Shown here piece after piece: positions 1-10,159 of a stretch of 64,000 bases of DNA. The position numbers and the translations under genes are program-made. Below the pieces are notes generated by a model. The model ran no database searches. It was not told the DNA's origin and saw only the letters and a program-made list of their open reading frames with translations. Location: assembly GCA_963693105.1 (NCBI GenBank), contig OY843752.1, forward strand, positions 1,577,222 through 1,641,221. Reading direction: 5' to 3'. Source of the stretch: an uncultured candidatus Porisulfidus sp. (lineage in GTDB: Bacteria; Pseudomonadota; Gammaproteobacteria; Poriferisulfidales; Oxydemutatoraceae). Position 1 is the first letter of the stretch, and every line of letters starts with the position of its first letter.

Positions 1-564
1 GACGGTGAAACGCCTCATGCGCGGAATGATGCCGGCGGGCGTCACCGCGGACTGCGGACTGACGACGGTCACGCGGTCGCCGGGCGAGACGCGCAGGTGG
101 TGCGCCAGCGCATGGCCGAGTATGGCCTGAAAGCCGCCGGCTTCGAGCAGCTCCAGCGAACCCGATTCCATGTGTCCGGCAACGTTCGACACCCGCGCCT
201 CCTGCTCGGGTTGCACGCCGTGCATGTAGGCGCCGCTGACCTTGTCGCCGTTCAGCAGCATGCCCTGCATCTCGATGAAGGGCGCCGCGGCGACGACGTC
301 GTCCTCGCTTTCCAGTTCCGCCTTCAACTCCCGCCAGTTTTCGACGCGGCTGTCGGCGCCGACCAGCGTGGCGTGCGAGACCATGTCGAGCATGCGCTCG
401 CGTATCTCCTCCTTGAAGCCGTTCATAACCGACAGCACGGTGATGATGACGGTGGCGCCGACGGCGATGCCGAGAATCGAGATCAGCGAGACAAACGAGA
501 TGAAATGGTTCTGTTTCTTGCCGCGCGTGTAACGCCAGCCGATGAGGTACTCGATTCCGGACAC
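1..564 (-). CDS. Lipoprotein-releasing system permease LolC/LolE family (N-terminal part; the 3' end runs off the window)
   Basis: Reverse-strand translation reads VSGIEYLIGWRYTRGKKQNHFISFVSLISILGIAVGATVIITVLSVMNGFKEEIRERML..., which matches the LolC/E N-terminus (E. coli: [32 protein letters not shown]...VLSVMNGFEREL). A GTG start at 564..562 is in frame with the window edge. It is absent from the ORF track because no stop lies inside the window. Confidence 0.55.
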   Translation of the reverse strand, partial: MSGIEYLIGWRYTRGKKQNHFISFVSLISILGIAVGATVIITVLSVMNGFKEEIRERMLDMVSHATLVGADSRVENWRELKAELESEDDVVAAAPFIEMQGMLLNGDKVSGAYMHGVQPEQEARVSNVAGHMESGSLELLEAGGFQAILGHALAHHLRVSPGDRVTVVSPQSAVTPAGIIPRMRRFTV

Positions 565-568
565 CGCG

Positions 569-1762
569 TTACTCCCCGGCGACGTTGCCGATGTGCACTT
601 CGACGGCGTCGCCGGCGCCCGGCGGCAGCGCGCTCTCGCCGATGAAATCCCCGGCCTGCACAGCCGCCAGCCCCGACTTCGACACGCGGGCGATGACGCG
701 CAGCGAGTCAAAATCGTCGAGCGTCATTGAAGGCGTCATCGAGTTTTCCCTGCCGAGGTACGCCTCGAGCGGCAAATCCGCGGCCCGGAAACGCCGGATT
801 GCAAGAGGCATCGGCGGCCCGGACACGGCTTTGGCGTAAACAAAAACCGTGTCGTCGGGCGCGGCCTGCTCCAGCAGTTCGGGGGCGATGGAAACCATCA
901 CGGCGATGCGGCGTCCGGCTTCGCCGGGCGCCGGCTTGTCGCCGCCGCCCGCCATCCGGCTGCGCGCCGCGGCGATTTGCTCGCCGATTGCCTCGTGAAT
1001 CTCGGCGTTGTTTTCAATGCCGCTTTGCAAACGGCCCCAGTAACGAATCGCCTCCGGATAATTTTCGGACTGGAAATTTGCCATGCCGAGCAGCCACAAT
1101 CCCTTTTCATTGTCGGCGTCGGTGACCAGCGCCTGCTCCAGCAACTCCAGCGTGTCCGGTTCGAAACGCCCGCCGGCGTCCAGGAACAACGCCTCGGCGT
1201 ACTCCACCTTGATCCAGTCATCCAGCTCGATGCGCCCGGCCGCCTGCCGGTAGGCATACACCGCCTGCGCGTATTCGCCGAGCATTTTCTGCGAGCCCGC
1301 GAGCAGCACCCAGCCGGCGGCGTCCTCCGGATCGTTTTCGAGTTTTCCGGCGAGGCGCTCCACCATCTCCCCGAAGGCCTGCGGCGACGACATCTCGCCC
1401 ACCGTTTCCGGGTAGCCGCTCGACCAGTGCAGATAGAGGCCGGCGCTGGCGCCGATTACAAAAAGAGACAACAGCGCGGCGCCCGCCCCGCGCCACCGCC
1501 AATCCGGCGCGTGCGACGCGGCGGCGGTCTTGTCCTCGTCAACGCTTTCGCCGTCGGCGCGCTCAAGATCGCGCAACGCGCTTTCATATTCGGATGAATC
1601 CAGCAGGCCGCTTTCGACATCGCGGCGCAACTCCTCCAACTGCGCGGGCAATACGGATGCGCCCGTGGCGCGCGCGGCGCGCGCGCGCGCCAGCAGCGGC
1701 CACAGCAGCCACAACAGCGCGACCGCCCACAACAACGCGACCGCAATCCAGAACAGCGCCAC
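569..1762 (-). CDS. ccmI: Cytochrome c-type biogenesis protein CcmI (CycH), TPR-containing
   Basis: N-terminal membrane anchor (VALFWIAVALLWAVALLWLLWPLL) followed by TPR-like repeats. It is the last gene of the ccm operon. A GTG start at 1762 overlaps the ccmH stop; the ORF track's alternative ATG at 1921 would add an Arg/Cys-rich extension that is unlikely to be real. Confidence 0.7.
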   Translation of the reverse strand: MALFWIAVALLWAVALLWLLWPLLARARAARATGASVLPAQLEELRRDVESGLLDSSEYESALRDLERADGESVDEDKTAAASHAPDWRWRGAGAALLSLFVIGASAGLYLHWSSGYPETVGEMSSPQAFGEMVERLAGKLENDPEDAAGWVLLAGSQKMLGEYAQAVYAYRQAAGRIELDDWIKVEYAEALFLDAGGRFEPDTLELLEQALVTDADNEKGLWLLGMANFQSENYPEAIRYWGRLQSGIENNAEIHEAIGEQIAAARSRMAGGGDKPAPGEAGRRIAVMVSIAPELLEQAAPDDTVFVYAKAVSGPPMPLAIRRFRAADLPLEAYLGRENSMTPSMTLDDFDSLRVIARVSKSGLAAVQAGDFIGESALPPGAGDAVEVHIGNVAGE

Positions 1763-1766
1763 CGAC

Positions 1767-2168
1767 TTACTCCACCTGCTCCGGCTCGTCCGAGCGGCGC
1801 CGGCGCACGACCTGCCACCGGAAAAGCCAGAACAGCCCGCCCGCCAGCAACACCGCCGGCGCCAGCCACAGAATATAGGTCGCGGGCTTGAAGCGCGGCC
1901 TGAAAAGGACGAAATCACCATAGCGCGCGGTCATAAAATCAACAATCTCCCGGTCGTTTTTGCCGTCCGCGACCATCGTTCGCACTTCGTCGCGCAAATC
2001 GCCCGCAAGCTCGGCGCTGGAATCCGACAGCGACTGGTTCTGGCACACCAGACAACGCAGTTCCTTCAGCAACTCGTAATAACGCCGCTCCTGTTCGACG
2101 GATGCGAACGGCGCCGCGCCCGCCACCGCCAGCGACAGTAAAACCGTCTGAATGAAAGCGGCCGTCAT
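1767..2168 (-). CDS. ccmH: Cytochrome c-type biogenesis protein CcmH (CXXC thiol-disulfide component)
   Basis: Protein MTAAFIQTVLLSLAVAGAAPFASVEQERRYYELLKELRCLVCQNQSL... carries the LRCxxC motif. The start is internal Met195 of the 327-aa track ORF, and its ATG overlaps the ccmG stop as ATGA. Confidence 0.85.
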   Translation of the reverse strand: MTAAFIQTVLLSLAVAGAAPFASVEQERRYYELLKELRCLVCQNQSLSDSSAELAGDLRDEVRTMVADGKNDREIVDFMTARYGDFVLFRPRFKPATYILWLAPAVLLAGGLFWLFRWQVVRRRRSDEPEQVE

Positions 2169-2698
2169 CGCGCCCGTCCCTCCTCCAGCTCCGCCAGCAA
2201 GGGCAACAGCACTTCCTCGACGTCGTCGTGGTCCAGCGGACCGATGTGCTTGTAGCGTATGACGCCGGCGCCGTCTATGACGAAGGTTTCGGGCACGCCA
2301 TAGACCCCCCAGTCTATGCCGATGCGCCCGCTCTGGTCGAACACGCTGAACACATACGGATTGCCCAGCCGCTCCAGCCAGGCAACGGCGTCTTCGCGCC
2401 GGTCTTTGTAATTCATTCCGTAAATCGGCACGCGCCAGTCCCCGGCAAGCGCCAGCAGCACCGGGTGTTCCTGATGACAGGCGACGCACCAGCTGGCCCA
2501 GACATTGACCAGCGCCGGCCCCGGCAGTTGCTTCTCGCCGACGACGCGCCCGGGTCTGTGCACGGTGGCGGCGGTGAACGGCGGCATCGGCTTGCCGACC
2601 AGCGGCGACGGTACGCGCGACGGATCCAGGCGCAGCCCCGCCGCCAGCAGCGCGACCAGCAGCACGAACGCGGCGACAATCCAGATGTGGCGGCTCAT
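2165..2698 (-). CDS. ccmG: Thiol:disulfide interchange protein CcmG/DsbE
   Basis: 177 aa with a thioredoxin fold and the WCVAC motif. ATGA overlaps on both sides link it to ccmF and ccmH. Confidence 0.9.
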   Translation of the reverse strand: MSRHIWIVAAFVLLVALLAAGLRLDPSRVPSPLVGKPMPPFTAATVHRPGRVVGEKQLPGPALVNVWASWCVACHQEHPVLLALAGDWRVPIYGMNYKDRREDAVAWLERLGNPYVFSVFDQSGRIGIDWGVYGVPETFVIDGAGVIRYKHIGPLDHDDVEEVLLPLLAELEEGRAR

Positions 2699-4668
2699 GC
2701 CGCCTCACCCGCTTTCGACGCATCGCCGCGCGCGATACGGTAGCGCGCATCCGACGCCGACAAGACGCCGCCCAGCGCCATCAGAAACGCGCCCAGCCAG
2801 ATCCAGCGTATCAGGGGCTTGTAATAAACGCGCACCTCCCAGCGCCCGCCGTCCACCACCTCGCCCATCGCCACATACAAATCGCGCAGCAAAGTACCAT
2901 CCACCGCCGCCTCGGTCATCGCGTCGCTCTGCACCCGGTACACCCGCCTTTCAGGGTGCAGCACCGCGACCGGCGCATCGCCGCGAAACACGCCGACCCG
3001 GCCTTCTTTCGAGTCGTAATTGGGGCCTTCTTTCTCCGCCACGCCCTCCAGCACAAAGCGGTAACCGGCGAGTTCGACCGACTGCCCGTCTTGCAGCAGC
3101 ACCATTTTCTCTTCGCTGTAAACGCTGCTGAAAGTCACTCCGAAAATGAAAAGCGCAAGGCCGGCATGGGCGACGCTCATGCCATAAAAGGAAAGCGGCA
3201 ACGTGCGCAATACGGCGCGCGCCGGGCCGCCGTCCGGCCTGCCGCGCCGCAGGCGCCGCCCCACGTTGAGGACCGTCGTCAGCAGCACCCAGGCGCCGGC
3301 GGCGGCGCCGATCAGGACGCCGACGGAAATCCCGTCGCCGAAAACCGCGGACAACACCAGTCCGGTTGCGAGCGCGAGCGCCAGCGGCACGCGCAGCCGC
3401 CGGTAGAGCGGGCGCGGATTGGAGCGTTTCCACTGCACCGCCGGGCCGACGCCCGCCGCCAGCGCCGCCAGCAGCATCAGCGGCACGAACACCGCCGAGA
3501 AATACGGCGCGCCGACCGAGATTTTATCGAGACCCAGCGCGTCGAGCGCCAGCGGGTAGAGCGTCCCGATCAGGATGGAGAACATCGTCACCACCAGGAT
3601 GACATTGTTGATCAGCAGAAAATTCTCGCGCGACAGGAAATCGAACATCCCGGTGCTGCGGATGCGCGGCGCGCGCAACGCGTACAACAACAGCGAACCG
3701 CCGACGACGACCACCAGAAACAGCAGGATAAAGACGCCGCGCTCCGGGTCGGACGCAAAAGCGTGCACCGACACCAGCACGCCGGAGCGCACCAGAAAGG
3801 TGCCGAGCAGGCTCAGCGAAAACGCCAGAATCGCGAGCAGCACGGTCCAGCCCTTGAAGGCGTTGCGCTTCTCGGTCACCGCCAGCGAATGCAGCAGTGC
3901 GGTGCCGACCAGCCACGGCATGAACGACGCATTCTCGACCGGATCCCAGAACCACCAGCCGCCCCATCCCAGCTCGTGGTACGCCCACCAGCTGCCGAGC
4001 GTAATGCCGACGGTCAGAAACACCCACGCCGCCAGCACCCACGGCCTCGACCAGCGCGCCCAGCGGCCGTCGAGGCGGCCGTCCAGCAGCGCCGACACCG
4101 CGAAGGCGAACGCCACCGAGAAGCCGACGTAACCCATGTACAGCATCGGCGGATGAATGGTCATCCCCGGATCCTGCAGCAGCGGATTGAGGTCGCGCCC
4201 CGACGACGGCGCCGGGAACAGTCTCTCGAACGGATTGGACGTCGCCAGCGTGAACAGCATGAAACCCGCCGCCACCAGTCCCATCACCGCCAGCACCCGC
4301 GCCAGGAAAACATCGCTGAGGCCGCGGTTGAACAGCGTGACCGCAAAAGTCCAGGCGCCGAGTATCAGCATCCACAACAGCAGCGAGCCTTCGTGCGCGC
4401 CCCACACGGCGGCCAGTTTGTAATAGGTCGGCAGCGCCGCGCTCGAATGTTGGGCGATGTAGCGCACCGAGAAATCGTCTTTGAGAAAAGCGGCGCTCAA
4501 CGCGGCATAGGACAAAACCAGCAGCAGAAACTGCAAACGCGCGGCGGGCTTCGCCAGATGAAGCAACGGCGCGACCCTGAAGTGCGCGCCCGCCAGCGGC
4601 AACGTGCCTTGCACGATGGCGACGACAAACGCCAGCACCAGCGCGAAATGGCCGAGTTCGACGATCAC
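2695..4668 (-). CDS. ccmF: Cytochrome c-type biogenesis haem lyase subunit CcmF
   Basis: 657-aa polytopic membrane protein with WWxWD-like haem-handling motifs, in its canonical position between ccmE and ccmG. Confidence 0.92.
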   Translation of the reverse strand: MIVELGHFALVLAFVVAIVQGTLPLAGAHFRVAPLLHLAKPAARLQFLLLVLSYAALSAAFLKDDFSVRYIAQHSSAALPTYYKLAAVWGAHEGSLLLWMLILGAWTFAVTLFNRGLSDVFLARVLAVMGLVAAGFMLFTLATSNPFERLFPAPSSGRDLNPLLQDPGMTIHPPMLYMGYVGFSVAFAFAVSALLDGRLDGRWARWSRPWVLAAWVFLTVGITLGSWWAYHELGWGGWWFWDPVENASFMPWLVGTALLHSLAVTEKRNAFKGWTVLLAILAFSLSLLGTFLVRSGVLVSVHAFASDPERGVFILLFLVVVVGGSLLLYALRAPRIRSTGMFDFLSRENFLLINNVILVVTMFSILIGTLYPLALDALGLDKISVGAPYFSAVFVPLMLLAALAAGVGPAVQWKRSNPRPLYRRLRVPLALALATGLVLSAVFGDGISVGVLIGAAAGAWVLLTTVLNVGRRLRRGRPDGGPARAVLRTLPLSFYGMSVAHAGLALFIFGVTFSSVYSEEKMVLLQDGQSVELAGYRFVLEGVAEKEGPNYDSKEGRVGVFRGDAPVAVLHPERRVYRVQSDAMTEAAVDGTLLRDLYVAMGEVVDGGRWEVRVYYKPLIRWIWLGAFLMALGGVLSASDARYRIARGDASKAGEAA

Positions 4669-5117
4669 TGCGCGGCGCCGGCCTGCGGCCTGGCGATGCC
4701 GACCGGGTCCTGGCCGAGGGATTCGGCGACACCGGGCGGCATGTAATTCTCGTCGTGTTTGGCGAGCACCGTATCGGCGGCGAACACGCCGTCGTCGCGC
4801 AGCCGTCCGGTGGCAACGGCGCCCTGGCCGTCGCCGAACAGGTCGGGCAGCAGGCCGTGATAAACGACGCGGGTGGTTGACTCGCTGTCAGACAGCTCGA
4901 AATGCACACGTTCGCCGCGCCGGATGCTGCCGGGCACGACCATGCCGCCCAGGTTGAAGGTCCTGTCAACCGGCGGCATTTCCCGGGCGACCTGGGTCGG
5001 CGTGTAAAAGTACAGCAGATTTTTCTCGAGCGAGTACAACACCAGTGCCGCGGCGACGGAGAAACCGGCCAGCAGGATGACGATGAAAGCAAGCCGCTGC
5101 TTGCGCCTGGGTGTCAT
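4665..5117 (-). CDS. ccmE: Cytochrome c-type biogenesis haem chaperone CcmE
   Basis: Protein MTPRRKQRLAFIVILLAGFSVAAALVLYSLEKNLLYFYTPTQV..., with the start at internal Met38 of the track ORF. About 150 aa with a single N-terminal TM helix, typical of CcmE. Confidence 0.88.
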   Translation of the reverse strand: MTPRRKQRLAFIVILLAGFSVAAALVLYSLEKNLLYFYTPTQVAREMPPVDRTFNLGGMVVPGSIRRGERVHFELSDSESTTRVVYHGLLPDLFGDGQGAVATGRLRDDGVFAADTVLAKHDENYMPPGVAESLGQDPVGIARPQAGAAQ

Positions 5118-5284
5118 TGGCCGCCCTCTTTTGCAGCGGCGCCGCGGCGCAACAGGCGGCGGTGGCGCATCAGCGGCAGGTAGAGATTGGCGGCGAGCAC
5201 CACCAGACCCAGCGCGTAGGAAGGCCACACGAACCAGGCGTAACCGCCCATCGAAAGCCAGTCGAGAAAGCCGGCGTCAGGCAC
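5114..5284 (-). CDS. ccmD: Haem exporter protein CcmD (small membrane protein)
   Basis: Hand translation gives (V/M)PDAGFLDWLSMGGYAWFVWPSYALGLVVLAANLYLPLMRHRRLLRRG..., which aligns with E. coli CcmD MTPAFASWNEFFAMGGYAFFVW. The stop TGA overlaps the ccmE ATG as ATGA. The GTG start overlaps the ccmC 3' end and is not in the ORF track (<60 aa). Confidence 0.5.
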   Translation of the reverse strand: MPDAGFLDWLSMGGYAWFVWPSYALGLVVLAANLYLPLMRHRRLLRRGAAAKEGGQ

Positions 5285-6014
5285 GAATCCCGGCCTCGCC
5301 CCTGAACCATTGCTGCTCGCGGCAGTGTTCGGCGATGGAACTGCGCAGCCGCGCCAGCAGCGCGGTGACGAAATACAGATTGAAGACGGCCGCCATGAAC
5401 AACAGCGGCGCCAACATGCTGATGTGCGCCGCCGGCTCGTCGAAACGGGTCACCGTCGGCCCCTGGTGCAAGGTGTTCCACCACAGAACCGAGTAATGTA
5501 TGACGGGAATATTGACGACGCCGACTATCGCCAGCACCGAGGTCGCCCTCGCGGCCTTGCGGCGGTCGGGAATCGCCGAGTACAACGCGATGACGCCGAG
5601 ATACAAAAACAGCAGAATCAACTCCGATGTCAGGCGCGCGTCCCACACCCAGAAAGCGCCCCACATCGGCTTGCCCCACAACATGCCGGTCAGCAGCGTC
5701 AGCGCCGTGAACGACGCGCCGATGGGCGCGCACTCGATGTGGATGAGTTCGGCGAGTTTGACCCGCCACACCAGCGCCACCGCACCCGCCAGCGCCATCA
5801 CCATATAAACGAACAGCGACATCCAGGCCGACGGCACGTGAATGAACATGATGCGGTAGGCCTCGCCCTGCTTGTAGTCGGTCGGCGCCAGGTACAGCCC
5901 CCAATACAGGCCCGCCGCGAGCAACACGACGGTGGCGGGCAGCAGCCACGGAAACAACCGTCCGCACAGGCGGTAGAAAGACGGCAGCGAGGCATAGCGT
6001 TTCGCGTCAAGCAT
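5277..6014 (-). CDS. ccmC: Haem exporter protein CcmC
   Basis: 245-aa membrane protein carrying the WGxxWxWD tryptophan-rich motif (GKPMWGAFWVWDARL). Confidence 0.92.
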   Translation of the reverse strand: MLDAKRYASLPSFYRLCGRLFPWLLPATVVLLAAGLYWGLYLAPTDYKQGEAYRIMFIHVPSAWMSLFVYMVMALAGAVALVWRVKLAELIHIECAPIGASFTALTLLTGMLWGKPMWGAFWVWDARLTSELILLFLYLGVIALYSAIPDRRKAARATSVLAIVGVVNIPVIHYSVLWWNTLHQGPTVTRFDEPAAHISMLAPLLFMAAVFNLYFVTALLARLRSSIAEHCREQQWFRGEAGIRA

Positions 6015-6015
6015 G

Positions 6016-6676
6016 TCAGTCGAGCATTACTCTGAGGGAGGCGCCAACGGCGAGCGGCGCCAGAAGCAATGTCACTATAAGTATCGCGCCTGAAATTGCA
6101 AGCGCCGCCTCCGCCGGCAGGCCGGCCGCGGCCAGGTCCATCGCGTTGGCGCCGAACACCAGCAACGGAACGTAAAACGGCAACACTAGCAACACCATCA
6201 ACATCTCGCCGCGGCGCAAACAGCCGGTCAGCGCCGCGCCGACCGCGCCGAGCGCGCTCAACACCGGCGTGCCCAGCGCCAGGCTGAAAACCACCACCGG
6301 CAAACTGTGCACGGGCATGCCGAGCAGGTAACCGTAGAAAGGCGCCAGCAGCATGAACGGCAGGCCGGTGATGCACCAGTGCGCGAAGATGCGCGCAAGC
6401 GCAAACGGATAAACGCCGTGCGGCGTAATCAGCCATTGTTCAAGCGAGCCGTTCTCGAAGTCGTCCTTGAACGCGCGTTCAAGCGACAGCAGTCCCGCCA
6501 GCAGCGCCGCGATCCAGATGATGCCGGGCGCGAGCCGTCGCAGCACCGCCGGGTCGGCGTCCACTCCCAGCGGAAACAGGCTGACGACGACGGTGAAAAA
6601 CGCGACCGGCATCAGCCAGTTGGAATGGATGTTCACGGCGGCGGACAAATCGCGGCGCACCAGCGATACAAATGCG

Positions 6677-6684
<8 letters not shown>
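6016..6684 (-). CDS. ccmB: Haem exporter permease CcmB
   Basis: Protein MFDAFVSLVRRDLSAAVNIHSNWLMPVAFFTVVVSLFPLG..., starting at internal Met92 of the track ORF. The N-terminal 91 aa of the track ORF are Arg/Cys-rich junk that overlaps ccmA. Confidence 0.85.
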
Positions 6685-7336
<652 letters not shown>

Positions 7337-7381
7337 CCGCCTATTCTAACGCCCACGCCGCAAACCCGCGCGGCGCAGTGC

Positions 7382-7387
7382 TATAAT
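7382..7387 (+). promoter_or_regulatory. Putative -10 hexamer (TATAAT) about 11 nt upstream of the NapC-like start, in the ccmA/napC-like divergent region
   Basis: A perfect TATAAT lies inside the 62-bp divergent intergenic region. The short distance to the ATG would imply a nearly leaderless transcript. Confidence 0.25.
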
Positions 7388-7398
7388 GCGTACGCGAC

Positions 7399-7941
7399 AT
7401 GCAAGCCAAGCACAAAGCCATTCTTTCCGCCACCGCCCTGGTCGTCGCCGGCATCGCCGCCGCCGGCGGATTTTCCGCCACGCTGGAGGCGACCAACACG
7501 ACCGAATTCTGCACCTCGTGCCACTCCATGCAGTGGGTCAAGGCGGAATGGGAAGACTCGCTCCACTTCTCCAACGCAAGCGGCGCGCGCGCCCAGTGCC
7601 AGGACTGCCATGTGCCGAATCCGCTGTTTCCCAAAATGCACGCCAAGGTGATGGCGGCGAAAGACGTATGGCATGAAATTCTCGGCACGATAGACAACGA
7701 GGAAAAGTTCGAGGCGCACCGCTGGACCATGGCCAACCGCGTGTGGCGAAAGATGGAGGCGAGCCAATCCAGGGAGTGCAAGACATGCCACCTGTTCGAG
7801 GCGATGGACCTGGACGAACAGGACAAAACCGCGCGCAAGAAACACAAGCGCGCTCACGCCCGCGGCGACAGTTGCATTGAATGTCACAAGGGCGTGGCCC
7901 ACAAACGCCCGAGAAAACCCCGCGACACCGCCGCGCGTTAA
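7399..7941 (+). CDS. NapC/NirT-family membrane-anchored tetrahaem cytochrome c
   Basis: N-terminal TM anchor plus four CXXCH motifs (CTSCH, CQDCH, CKTCH, CIECH). At 180 aa it is the typical NapC/NirT/CymA size. Confidence 0.85.
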   Translation: MQAKHKAILSATALVVAGIAAAGGFSATLEATNTTEFCTSCHSMQWVKAEWEDSLHFSNASGARAQCQDCHVPNPLFPKMHAKVMAAKDVWHEILGTIDNEEKFEAHRWTMANRVWRKMEASQSRECKTCHLFEAMDLDEQDKTARKKHKRAHARGDSCIECHKGVAHKRPRKPRDTAAR

Positions 7942-8045
7942 TGCTTCGCCCGCCCGCGGCGGCATGCGCGCCGTGCAAAGGCCAATCCCGTGCGACAGAC
8001 CGGCTGTATGATTCGGCTGTACAGCATTTGTCCTGGACATCGGGC

Positions 8046-8074
8046 TTGAAATACACCGGCGCCGCTTATATACT
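8046..8074 (+). promoter_or_regulatory. Putative sigma70 promoter for fccAB (TTGAAA - 17 nt - TATACT)
   Basis: Near-consensus -35/-10 hexamers with 17-nt spacing lie about 28 nt upstream of the GAGGAGG ribosome-binding site at 8091-8097. Confidence 0.35.
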
Positions 8075-8101
8075 CGCCTTTCTACCCCTTGAGGAGGAAC
8101 C

Positions 8102-8773
8102 ATGTTCAAGCGATTGTTCATACACGCCGTTGCGCTGTTCGCAGTGGCTGTCTGCCTGTCTCCCGCCCAGGCCGAGATGGCGACGGAGGAAATGCTGACC
8201 AACACCTGCGTGGCCTGCCACGGCGCCGGTGGCGTCAGCGCGGGACCGGCGATTCCGTCGTTGTCCGGCATGACCAGAAACTATTTTGCAACAGCCATGC
8301 TGTCCTATAAATACGACGACGACCCCGAGGGCCTGGAAAAAGCCATGGCCGAGCTCGAGAAAGACAAGATGTACGAGGACGCCGAGATGTTCACGCGTGA
8401 AAGCACCATCATGGGGCGCCTCGCCAAGGGCTACACCCTGGATGAAATCAAGCGGATGGCCGAAGTGTTCGCCGCCGGCGAGCCTTCCATCGTCAAGCAG
8501 TCCTACGACCGCTCGAAAGTCGGCCTGGGCGAAGAACTGCACGAGGAATACTGTGACAAGTGCCACGCCGACGGCGGCCTGTCGCCGGAGGACGATGTCG
8601 GCCTGCTGGCCGGGCAGTGGACCCACTACCTGGAATTCACGCTGTCGGATTACCTTGAAGGACGGCGTCAGGCGCCGAAGAAAATGCGGACGAAACTGAA
8701 AGAAATGCACGAAGAACACGGCATGGCGGGAATGCAGAGTCTGTTGCACTACTACGCCAGCGTCAAGAAGTAA
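8102..8773 (+). CDS. fccA: Flavocytochrome c sulfide dehydrogenase, dihaem cytochrome c subunit (FccA)
   Basis: Signal peptide plus two haem motifs (CVACH, CDKCH). Sits immediately upstream of the FccB flavoprotein gene. Confidence 0.8.
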   Translation: MFKRLFIHAVALFAVAVCLSPAQAEMATEEMLTNTCVACHGAGGVSAGPAIPSLSGMTRNYFATAMLSYKYDDDPEGLEKAMAELEKDKMYEDAEMFTRESTIMGRLAKGYTLDEIKRMAEVFAAGEPSIVKQSYDRSKVGLGEELHEEYCDKCHADGGLSPEDDVGLLAGQWTHYLEFTLSDYLEGRRQAPKKMRTKLKEMHEEHGMAGMQSLLHYYASVKK

Positions 8774-8788
8774 GCGAGGACCCATAAC

Positions 8789-10078
8789 ATGATTCAATTC
8801 AACCGAAGAAACTTTATCAAGAGCGCAGGCGCCGCGACCGCGGTGACGGGCGCCGCCGCCGGCCTGGGCTTTCCGCTGATCGCCTCCGGCGCGGCCAGCA
8901 AAGTGGTTGTGGTCGGCGGCGGCGCCGCCGGCGCCATTGCCGCCCGCTACGTCAAGAAGATGAACAAGGCGATAGACGTCACGCTGATTGAAGCCAACGA
9001 GCACTACCACACCTGCTTTATGAGCAACGAGGTCCTCGGCGGAGAGCGGCAGTTCAAGACCCTGCGGTTCGGCTACAAGGGCCTTGCCAGGCACGGCGTC
9101 AATGTCGTCAAGGCGAAGGCCACCGGAGTCGATCACAAGAAAAAGATGGTGACGACCGACGCCGGGCGCAAATACAAGTTCGACCGGCTGGTGCTGGCCC
9201 CCGGCATCGACTTTCTCTGGAACAAGATCGAGAACTACGACGAGGCCGCCAGCCAGCGCATGCCGCACGCCTGGAAAGCCGGCCCGCAGACGACGCTGCT
9301 GAAAAAGCAGATCGAAAGCATGTCCGACGGCGGCACCGTCATCATCGCGCCGCCGGCCAATCCTTTCCGCTGTCCGCCGGGGCCGTACGAGCGCGCCTGC
9401 CAGATTGCGCACTACCTGAAAAAACACAAGCCGAAGTCGAAGGTGCTGGTCATAGACGCCAAGGACAAGTTCTCCAAGAAGGGCCTGTTCACCCAGGGCT
9501 GGAAAGACCGCTACGACGGCATGATCGAATGGATGGCGGGTTCGGAAACCGGCGGCGGCGTGGTCGCGGTCCATTCGTCGAAGAACACCGTTTCCACCGA
9601 ACTGGACGACTTTCCGGCTGAAGTCATCAACGTCATTCCGCCGCAAAAGGCCGGACACATCGCGCAAGTCTCCGGCTGCGCCGACGATTCCGGCTGGTGC
9701 CCGGTGCATCTCGACACCTTCGAGTCCACCAGACACCCCGGCGTGCACGTCATCGGCGATGCCAGCATCGCCACCGGCATGCCGAAGTCCGGCTACGCCG
9801 CCAACTCGCAAGCCAAGGTGTGCGCCGCGGCGGTCGTCGCCTCTCTCGGCGGCAAATCCATGGGCACGCCCTCCTACGTCAACACCTGCTACAGCATTGT
9901 CGCGCCCGACTACGGTATTTCGGTCGCAGCCGTTTACCGCCTCGCCGCCGACAAGAGCAAAATCAGCAAGGTGGCGGGCGGGCTGACGCCGATGGACGCC
10001 TCCGACGAGGCAAGGCGCAGAGAAGTGCTCTACGCCCACAGCTGGTTTGAAAATATCGTGGTGGACACTTTCGGTTGA
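8789..10078 (+). CDS. fccB: Flavocytochrome c sulfide dehydrogenase, FAD-binding flavoprotein subunit (FccB)
   Basis: Tat signal ([19 protein letters not shown]), a Rossmann GGGxAG motif ([13 protein letters not shown]) and SQR/FCSD-family features. Confidence 0.85.
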   Translation: MIQFNRRNFIKSAGAATAVTGAAAGLGFPLIASGAASKVVVVGGGAAGAIAARYVKKMNKAIDVTLIEANEHYHTCFMSNEVLGGERQFKTLRFGYKGLARHGVNVVKAKATGVDHKKKMVTTDAGRKYKFDRLVLAPGIDFLWNKIENYDEAASQRMPHAWKAGPQTTLLKKQIESMSDGGTVIIAPPANPFRCPPGPYERACQIAHYLKKHKPKSKVLVIDAKDKFSKKGLFTQGWKDRYDGMIEWMAGSETGGGVVAVHSSKNTVSTELDDFPAEVINVIPPQKAGHIAQVSGCADDSGWCPVHLDTFESTRHPGVHVIGDASIATGMPKSGYAANSQAKVCAAAVVASLGGKSMGTPSYVNTCYSIVAPDYGISVAAVYRLAADKSKISKVAGGLTPMDASDEARRREVLYAHSWFENIVVDTFG

Positions 10079-10120
10079 TCCGGCCGATTGATTCGGCTGC
10101 TGTCGGCGGGTAATATGCAA

Positions 10121-10146
10121 GCGGGGTCGAAAGACCCCGCTTTTTT
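10121..10146 (+). terminator. Rho-independent terminator downstream of fccB
   Basis: Stem GCGGGGTC, loop GAAA, stem GACCCCGC, then TTTTTT, 43 nt after the fccB stop. It lies inside the ORF track's upstream extension of mfd, which supports the later mfd start at 10160. Confidence 0.75.
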
Positions 10147-10159
10147 GTTACCCGACACC

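Noticed and set aside
97-645. 182-aa plus-strand ORF (also 242..532 and 585..839) at the left edge
   Set aside because: It is Arg/Gly-rich with no recognisable family, and it is antisense to a clear LolC/E-family coding sequence and the ccmI 3' end. Spurious ORFs of this kind are typical in high-GC DNA.
2956-5092. Long ORFs on both strands (596 aa plus; 522 aa minus) overlapping ccmF and ccmE
   Set aside because: They are His/Arg/Gln-rich or Arg/Ala-rich low-complexity translations that are antisense or out of frame to ccmF, which carries clear family signatures.
8066-10120. 684-aa minus-strand ORF
   Set aside because: It is antisense to the well-supported fccA and fccB genes. Its composition is biased to Gly/Arg/Val/Ala as in high-GC antisense frames, and it has no motifs.
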